This document shows, piece by piece, positions 58,171 to 64,000 of a stretch of 64,000 nt of DNA (position 1 is its first letter; every line of letters begins with the position of its first letter). The translations under genes were made by a program, and so were the position numbers. Below the pieces are notes generated by a model. That model was given only the letters and a program-made list of their open reading frames with translations, did not search any database and was not told where the DNA came from. Origin of the DNA: Rhodopila sp. (GTDB taxonomy: Bacteria > Pseudomonadota > Alphaproteobacteria > Acetobacterales > Acetobacteraceae); contig NZ_DASZTJ010000033.1 of the NCBI RefSeq assembly GCF_035548235.1, positions 18,643-82,642 on the forward strand, given 5' to 3'.

Positions 58171-60630
58171 TCACAGCGCCAGCACCGCCTCCATCACCTC
58201 CGGGTCGTCCGGCATGCGGTGAACCTCAAAGCCCAGGTGGCGGACGAAGGCCAGCATGGGTGCGTTGTCGGACAGGATCTGGCCGACCACCCGCTTCAGG
58301 CCCTGTGTCCGCGCCCAGTCGATCAACCGGCACATGAGATGCGAAGCCAAGCCCCGCCCTTTCATGTCGGCCTGTACGATGACGGCGAATTCCCCACCCT
58401 CATGATCGACCTCGCAGGTCAGCCTGGCGACGCCGATCGTTTCGTTGGTGCCGTCCTTGACGGCAATGAAGGCCATTTCGCGGTCATAATCCACCTGTGT
58501 CAGGCGCGCCGTCAGTTCGGGGGAAAGTTCGCGCATCGCGCTGAAGAAACGAAAGCGGATGTCCTCGGGCGAAAGACGGCCGAAGAAGGCGGTGTGTGCC
58601 AGCGCGTCCTCCGGCCGGACGGGGCGGATGGTGACGGGGTCGTCACCCACCATGCGGTGCTCGATCAGGTTGGCGGGGTAGGGGGCGATCGCAAGGCTCA
58701 CCGGCGGCTCCTCTGGCGCGCGCAAGCGCAGCCAGGCGTCGACGGCCAACACGCCACGGGAGTCGGCGAACAGCGCGGGGATATATAGCTCGGCGATCTC
58801 GGGGAAGTCGACAATCAATTGGCTGACCCGGACCAGCGTCTCGGAGACGGCGGTCTCGTTCGCGGCGGTCTGGTCGCGCAGGCTCCTGCTCAGGGCCGAA
58901 CCCGCTCGGCATCGATGGATCAGTCCGCGCGCGAGGGCCAGGTTCAGCGGCGGCAGATCAATTGCCGTGTCGCCGGTGTGGGCCATGGTGCCACCGGGAC
59001 CGAAGGCGATCACCGGGCCGAAGGTGGGGTCGGAGAAGACGCGGATAGCCAGTTCCCGGCCGCGTCCCGCCTGACGCTGCACCAGCAGGGCCTCGTCCTC
59101 CAGCCGGCGGCGGGCACGGGCGGCCAGCAACCTGGCGGCGGCAACGACACCCTCTGGTTCATGCAGGTCGAACACCACGCCGCCGGCCCGGCGTTCCGGC
59201 GGCGGCAGGCTGCTCCGCTGCTTGACCACAGCGGGGTAGCCCAACAGCGCCGCTGCCGATGCGGCGTCGTCCGGCCCCGTGACGACACGGGTCGGGACGC
59301 TGGGGATGCCATAGGCCGCCAGCACGTCGAGCGCCTGGTCCTGCGTCAGCACGCGGGCGCTCCCGGCGAAGAGCCGCTTCACCCAGGCCTTGTCGGGCGC
59401 CAGGGTCAGCACGTCGCGGGGCGGCAGCTCCCGAGCGGCTTCCCGGTTGCGGCGGTCACGCGCGAGATGGGCGAAGCCGCGCACCGCTTGATCGGGCGTG
59501 GCGAAGACCGGCAGACCGGCCTGGGCCAGAGTGCGGCGATGGATCGCGCCGACGGTCTCGCCCAGCGCGCAGATCAGGATCGGGGTACGCAGGCCCGGCG
59601 GCGGGTGGCACAGGCCCTCGATCGCCTTGGCGTCGGCGGCGCCGATCGGGGCATGCACTACAAGGATGCCGCCGGTATCGGGCTGCGCCGCTGCCGCGAA
59701 GGCGGCTTGCGACAGGGTTTCGGTGGGGACCGGCGACAGGCCCTCGGGCAGCAGGCGCAGCCCTTCCCGCATTGCGCTGTCGGCGGCGAGGCGGCCGGGG
59801 CCGATTGCGTTGGTGACGATGGCCAGCGTATCGCCACGGACCGGCTTGGCGCGCGACAGGGTCTCGGCGGCGGCCAGCAGGTCCTCCAGGCGTTCGACAT
59901 ACAGGACGCCGGCGCGGCGCAGCGCCGCCTCGAACGCCAGGTCCCCGACACCGTCCCCGTCCTCCAGCCGCAGGCCGGGGCGGATCGCTACCACCGGCCG
60001 CAGCCGCGCCGCCGCCCTGGCCGCCGACAGGAATTGTCGATGGTTCTTGAGCCGCCTGATGTCGAGCAGGATCGCCCCGGTCCGCGTATCCCGCGACAGC
60101 CAGTCGAGCGCCAGGGAGAAACCGATCCCGGCATTGGCGCCCACGCCCACGATATAGCTGAACCCCACGCCATTGGGCCCTGCCCAGTCGATCACCGCCC
60201 TGGTCATCGCCGAGGACTGGGAGATCACCGCCAACCGCCCCGGCGGCGGCTGAATGTGCGAGCGCGTCGCGTTGAGCGACAAAGATGGGATCGCCAGGCC
60301 GAAACTATGCGGACCCAGGGCGCGCACGCCGGTCCGTGCGCAATGCGCCGCGAGGTCGTCGCACGGGCCGGGGACGATCGCGGCGAAGCAGTCGAACCGC
60401 GTCATCTCTTCCATCGCCGGCCCGATCCGGTCGGATGGCAAGGCGAGCACCGCCAGATGGGTCCCCGGTTCCAGGCGCGTCCGCATCTGGCCCTTGAACC
60501 CGGCAAGCGTCAGGTTTCCCATGATCTGGGCGCCTTCCTCGGTCTCAAGGCCGAGCAGGGCCACCGACTCGGGATGGAACAGCCGAACCGCATCGAAGCG
60601 GCCCTTGGAGCTTAGGCGAGGGACTGTCAT
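58171..60630 (-). CDS. Bifunctional acyl-CoA ligase-like / GNAT protein lysine acetyltransferase (Pat/PatZ-type)
   Basis: LFHPESVA, GVRALGP, SQSS, C-terminal GNAT (IRPVRPED, RLTQVDYDREMAF, KGRGLA); start re-called at 60630. Confidence 0.9.
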   Translation of the reverse strand: MTVPRLSSKGRFDAVRLFHPESVALLGLETEEGAQIMGNLTLAGFKGQMRTRLEPGTHLAVLALPSDRIGPAMEEMTRFDCFAAIVPGPCDDLAAHCARTGVRALGPHSFGLAIPSLSLNATRSHIQPPPGRLAVISQSSAMTRAVIDWAGPNGVGFSYIVGVGANAGIGFSLALDWLSRDTRTGAILLDIRRLKNHRQFLSAARAAARLRPVVAIRPGLRLEDGDGVGDLAFEAALRRAGVLYVERLEDLLAAAETLSRAKPVRGDTLAIVTNAIGPGRLAADSAMREGLRLLPEGLSPVPTETLSQAAFAAAAQPDTGGILVVHAPIGAADAKAIEGLCHPPPGLRTPILICALGETVGAIHRRTLAQAGLPVFATPDQAVRGFAHLARDRRNREAARELPPRDVLTLAPDKAWVKRLFAGSARVLTQDQALDVLAAYGIPSVPTRVVTGPDDAASAAALLGYPAVVKQRSSLPPPERRAGGVVFDLHEPEGVVAAARLLAARARRRLEDEALLVQRQAGRGRELAIRVFSDPTFGPVIAFGPGGTMAHTGDTAIDLPPLNLALARGLIHRCRAGSALSRSLRDQTAANETAVSETLVRVSQLIVDFPEIAELYIPALFADSRGVLAVDAWLRLRAPEEPPVSLAIAPYPANLIEHRMVGDDPVTIRPVRPEDALAHTAFFGRLSPEDIRFRFFSAMRELSPELTARLTQVDYDREMAFIAVKDGTNETIGVARLTCEVDHEGGEFAVIVQADMKGRGLASHLMCRLIDWARTQGLKRVVGQILSDNAPMLAFVRHLGFEVHRMPDDPEVMEAVLAL

Positions 60631-60646
60631 CGGCACAGACCTATGT

Positions 60647-60658
60647 TGCAATGCAGCA
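60647..60658 (+). promoter_or_regulatory. PhaR-like box between the Pat-type gene and the esterase
   Basis: TGCAATGCAGCA fits the TGCRNYGCASMA consensus recalled for rhizobial PhaR. Confidence 0.45.
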
Positions 60659-60748
60659 TAACGCCGACCCGGGCCGCGGCGCACGTTGCAATCCCGCGGC
60701 GTCTGCCGTTGCATGGCAGCCGGACGCATTCGCGAGGAGGAAGATAGC

Positions 60749-61702
60749 ATGGCGGACCGGTCGCATTGGGATCCGGAGATGGCCGCGTTCACCGACATGA
60801 TGGACAAGGAGGCGGCGAAATACCCGCCCGTCCGCGCTGCCTTTCCGTTCGAGCCGAACAGGCGCGTCAACGATATCCTGGGCATGGTCACTGCCCACGG
60901 CGGGCCGGAGATGGCGGAGCGGGTGGACCGGTTCGTCGATGCGCGGGGGCGCCGGGTTTTCTGTCGGGTGTTCCGGCCGGTAACGGACCGTGTTCTGCCG
61001 ACGCTGGTATATTTCCACGGTGGCGGCTGGGTGTGGGCGAATGTCGACACGCATGACCGGATGGTGCGGGAATATGCCGCGGCGGGCGAGGTCTCGGTCG
61101 TCAGCGTCGATTATGCCCTGTCGCCCGAGGCGAAGTTTCCCACGGCGTTGGAAGAATGCGCCGCTGTCGTGCGCTTCGTCGCCGAACACGGGGCGCATTG
61201 GGGGTTGGACCCGACGCGCATCCTGGTCGGCGGCGATTCGGCCGGCGGCAACCTGGCGCTGGCGACGGCGCTGCTGCTGCGCGACGCCGGAGGGCCCGCG
61301 CTGGCGGGGATCCTGGCGAACTACCCCGTCGCGGATTCCCGGTTCGATACGCCCAGCTATCGTGAGTTCGGGGCCGGCGGGTACGGGCTGAACCTGGAGC
61401 GGATGTCGTTCTACTGGGACGTTTACGTGCCGCATGCCATCGACCGCCTGCACCCCCTGGCCGCGCCCCTCCGTGCCGACCTGACCGGCCTGCCGCCGGT
61501 GATGGTGCTGCTGGCGGAGCTGGACGTGTTGCGCTCGGAAGGTGAGGCGCTGGTCGAGAAGCTGCGCAACCAGGGCGTCCCCGTGGAGACTCACACGTTC
61601 CCGGGCGTCGTCCACGGGTTCCTGCGCGCGACGGCCACCGTGAGCAAGGCGCGGGAGGCCGTCGCGATGGCCGGAACGTGGATGAAGCAGGTCGCCGGCT
61701 AG
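60749..61702 (+). CDS. Alpha/beta hydrolase (HSL family esterase)
   Basis: YFHGGGW, GDSAGG nucleophile, D and HGF; GAGGAGG SD. Confidence 0.92.
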   Translation: MADRSHWDPEMAAFTDMMDKEAAKYPPVRAAFPFEPNRRVNDILGMVTAHGGPEMAERVDRFVDARGRRVFCRVFRPVTDRVLPTLVYFHGGGWVWANVDTHDRMVREYAAAGEVSVVSVDYALSPEAKFPTALEECAAVVRFVAEHGAHWGLDPTRILVGGDSAGGNLALATALLLRDAGGPALAGILANYPVADSRFDTPSYREFGAGGYGLNLERMSFYWDVYVPHAIDRLHPLAAPLRADLTGLPPVMVLLAELDVLRSEGEALVEKLRNQGVPVETHTFPGVVHGFLRATATVSKAREAVAMAGTWMKQVAG

Positions 61703-63012
61703 GCGATCTCCGGCTTCAACCCGTCGGCGTCATATTCCAGCTCGGTCCCGCTGATCGGGCGGACGACGCCGAACAGGTAGATCAGCCCGCCCAGCGCCGC
61801 GACGCCGGCGCCGATGAACAGCGCGCCCTCGAAGGAGCCGGTCATGTCCACCACCATGCCCGTCACCACCGGCGAGCACGCGCCGCCCAGGTAGCCGCCA
61901 CAGTTCTGGATGCTGCCCAAGGAGGCGACATAGTTCGGCGGCGCCGCGACGGTGACGAGGCCCCAGATCGTCGCGCTGGCGCAATTGCTGAACAGCACCG
62001 CGATCGATACCAGTGCGATGGTGAGCGGCGCGGACTGCGCATAGGCGGCGCAGACGGTCAGCGCTGCCGTGCCGGCCAGGCCGACGATGATCGGAATCTT
62101 CCGGCTGTTGATCGGCGTGACGCCCGCCGCCGCCAGCCTGTCCGACACCCAGCCGCCGGCCAGTGCCCCCACGACGCCGCAGAGTGGCGGGATCGAGGCA
62201 TAGATGCCGGTTTTCGCCACGCTGACATGGTGCTGCATCTCCAGGAATCCCGGCAGCCAGGCATAATAGACCCAGAACAGGTAGCCGGAGCCGAAATTGC
62301 CGATCAGCATCGCCCAGGTCGTCCGGCACCGGAACAGCCTGCCCCATTGCGGCAGCGTCACCTTGGACGTGCTGGGCGTATCGCCGGAGCGGATATAGGC
62401 CACGTCCTGGGGCGGGGCATGGTGTTCGGGGTCCCTGTAGAACAGGAACCAGACCAGGGCGCCGACCAGGCCGACGACGCCCATGGTGATGAACATGGCA
62501 CGCCAGCCGAACGCCAGCATCAGCGCCGTCAGGATCGGCGGCGCCAGCGCGGTGCCGAGACTGGGTCCCACCGATGTCGCCGCGGCCATCGGTACCCCGC
62601 GCCGGCTGATATGAAACCAGTTGCCGACGACGCGGGCGGCGGTGGGGAATTGCGGCGACTCGCCCAGGCCCAGGACGATCCGTGCCCAATAGAACTGGGT
62701 GAAACTGGTGACGAAGCCAGCCGCCATCTGTGCCAGCGACCAGATGCCGAGGCCAACGCCGAGCAGGATGCGCGGACCGATCCGGTCGACCGAAACGCCG
62801 GCGGGAAGCTGGGCGAAGGCATAGCTGAGCAGGAACGCGGACAGTAGCACGCCCATCTGCGTGGCGTTGAGCCCCATTTCCTGGCGGACCTCGATATTCG
62901 CGATCGAGAGGGCGGCGCGGTCGAGGTAGTTGATGACAGCGCTGCCGATCAACATCGTCATTGCGAGGATCTGCATCGTTCGCGTGACGGCTGAAAGTCG
63001 GGCAGTTTTCAT
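61699..63012 (-). CDS. MFS transporter (ACS family)
   Basis: INYLDRAALS, GESPQFP, FGWRAMF. Confidence 0.9.
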   Translation of the reverse strand: MKTARLSAVTRTMQILAMTMLIGSAVINYLDRAALSIANIEVRQEMGLNATQMGVLLSAFLLSYAFAQLPAGVSVDRIGPRILLGVGLGIWSLAQMAAGFVTSFTQFYWARIVLGLGESPQFPTAARVVGNWFHISRRGVPMAAATSVGPSLGTALAPPILTALMLAFGWRAMFITMGVVGLVGALVWFLFYRDPEHHAPPQDVAYIRSGDTPSTSKVTLPQWGRLFRCRTTWAMLIGNFGSGYLFWVYYAWLPGFLEMQHHVSVAKTGIYASIPPLCGVVGALAGGWVSDRLAAAGVTPINSRKIPIIVGLAGTAALTVCAAYAQSAPLTIALVSIAVLFSNCASATIWGLVTVAAPPNYVASLGSIQNCGGYLGGACSPVVTGMVVDMTGSFEGALFIGAGVAALGGLIYLFGVVRPISGTELEYDADGLKPEIA

Positions 63013-63088
63013 AGAGCCTTATCCTTGGACGATTTTGTTATGAGGCGATGAGGCGCCTGTTGGATGGAGGCGTCAATGTTCTGGGCTG

Positions 63089-63105
63089 TTGGTGCGACAC
63101 TTGCA
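63089..63105 (+). promoter_or_regulatory. Candidate sigma54 (-24/-12) promoter of the rutA-like gene
   Basis: TTGGTGCGACACTTGCA has GG-N10-GC spacing. Confidence 0.5.
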
Positions 63106-63141
63106 TCTACGCACAGGTCCGTGACGTGGTGGAAGCAGCGT

Positions 63142-64000
63142 ATGGTCAAGCTTGGCGTTTTCATTCCCATCGGCAGCCGCGGCTGGCTGATCTCGACCAC
63201 GTCGCCGAAGACGACGCCGAGCTTCGACCTGAACCGCACGGTTGTGCAGCAGGCGGAGCATTATGGCTTCGACTTTGCCCTCTCGATGATCAAGCTGCGC
63301 GGCTTTGGCGGGCCGAGCGGGTATTGGGACGAGAATCTGGAGTCGTTCACGCTGATGGCCGGGCTGGCCAGCGTGACGCGGCGGATCAAGCTGTTCGCCT
63401 CGGTCGCGGTGCTGACGGTGCCGCCGGCGTTCGCGGCGCGCATGGCGGTGACGATCGACAGCATCGCGCCGGGGCGGTTCGGGATGAACATCGTCTCCGG
63501 CTGGCAGCCGACCGAATACAAGCAGATGGGCATCTGGCCAGGCGAGCGTCATTTCGCCAAACGGTACGAATACTGTTCCGAATACGTCACTATCATGAAG
63601 GAACTGTGGGAGACGGGACGGTCCGACTTCAAGGGCGAATTCTTCCAGATGGACGACTGCCGCCTGGCGCCGCGTCCGTCCGCTCGGATCGAGATCGTCG
63701 GCGCGGCGCAGAGCGATCGCGGCATGCGCTTTGTCGCCGAACATGGCGATTACTGCTTCTGCGGCGGCGGTGGGCTGAACCAGCCGGAGACGTCCGCGCA
63801 TGTCGCCGGTCGGTTGGCGAAGATCGCCGAACCGGCCGGGCGTGATGTCGGCGCGCTGATCCTGCTGATGATCATTGCCGATGAAACCGATGAGCTGGCG
63901 ATGGCGAAGTGGAACCGCTACAAGGCCGGCACGGACCTGGAGGCGCTGGAATGGCAGCGCACCCAGGCCTCGGCCGACACGCAGGCGTCGAAGGAGTCCA
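63142..64000 (+). CDS. rutA: RutA-like pyrimidine monooxygenase (LLM family), truncated by the window end
   Basis: Not in the ORF track; manual translation MVKLGVFIPIGSRGWLIS...GFDFALSMIKLRGFGG...LESFTLMAGLA. Confidence 0.85.
   Translation, partial: MVKLGVFIPIGSRGWLISTTSPKTTPSFDLNRTVVQQAEHYGFDFALSMIKLRGFGGPSGYWDENLESFTLMAGLASVTRRIKLFASVAVLTVPPAFAARMAVTIDSIAPGRFGMNIVSGWQPTEYKQMGIWPGERHFAKRYEYCSEYVTIMKELWETGRSDFKGEFFQMDDCRLAPRPSARIEIVGAAQSDRGMRFVAEHGDYCFCGGGGLNQPETSAHVAGRLAKIAEPAGRDVGALILLMIIADETDELAMAKWNRYKAGTDLEALEWQRTQASADTQASKES

Noticed and set aside
60631-61050. 140-aa N-terminal extension of the Pat-type gene
   Set aside because: Overlaps the divergent esterase gene; family similarity begins only after Met at 60630.

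Overview
GC-rich alphaproteobacterial chromosomal segment, probably Acetobacteraceae (inferred from gene content and synteny). No rRNA, tRNA, CRISPR array, transposase or integrase was found. Layout: (1) 1-13 kb core genes: threonine ammonia-lyase, greA, carB, an orphan winged-helix-like gene, carA, GFA, yqeY, dnaG, rpoD, a ZauP-like gene, zapA and a thioesterase. (2) 13-20 kb: a coupled SNF2 helicase + N6-adenine methyltransferase pair (DISARM DrmD/DrmMI-like, no drmABC) with a glycosyltransferase-like third gene. (3) 20-36 kb stress/redox block: DUF3175 and KGG stress proteins behind EcfG-type promoters, a TPP enzyme / duplicated His-containing membrane protein / GMC dehydrogenase operon, an alpha-hydroxy acid oxidase, and a PaoABC-like molybdoenzyme running into an Mrp-type membrane module in archaeal MbhA-H order. 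(4) 36-44 kb: MFS, cyoABCD, SURF1 and RegBA. (5) 44-54 kb: an FadR-linked orphan organic-acid catabolic cluster. (6) hmp/nsrR, rarA, two eroded gene remnants, a Pat-type acetyltransferase, an esterase, an MFS and a truncated rutA-like gene. The most striking observation is that CarA carries an N-terminal Cro-like helix-turn-helix domain. Its predicted sigma70 promoter (TTGAGC-N17-TATAGT) has a perfect 17-bp palindrome filling the spacer and points to a leaderless mRNA, suggesting phage-like autoregulation of carbamoyl-phosphate synthase. Many start codons were re-called relative to the ORF track.
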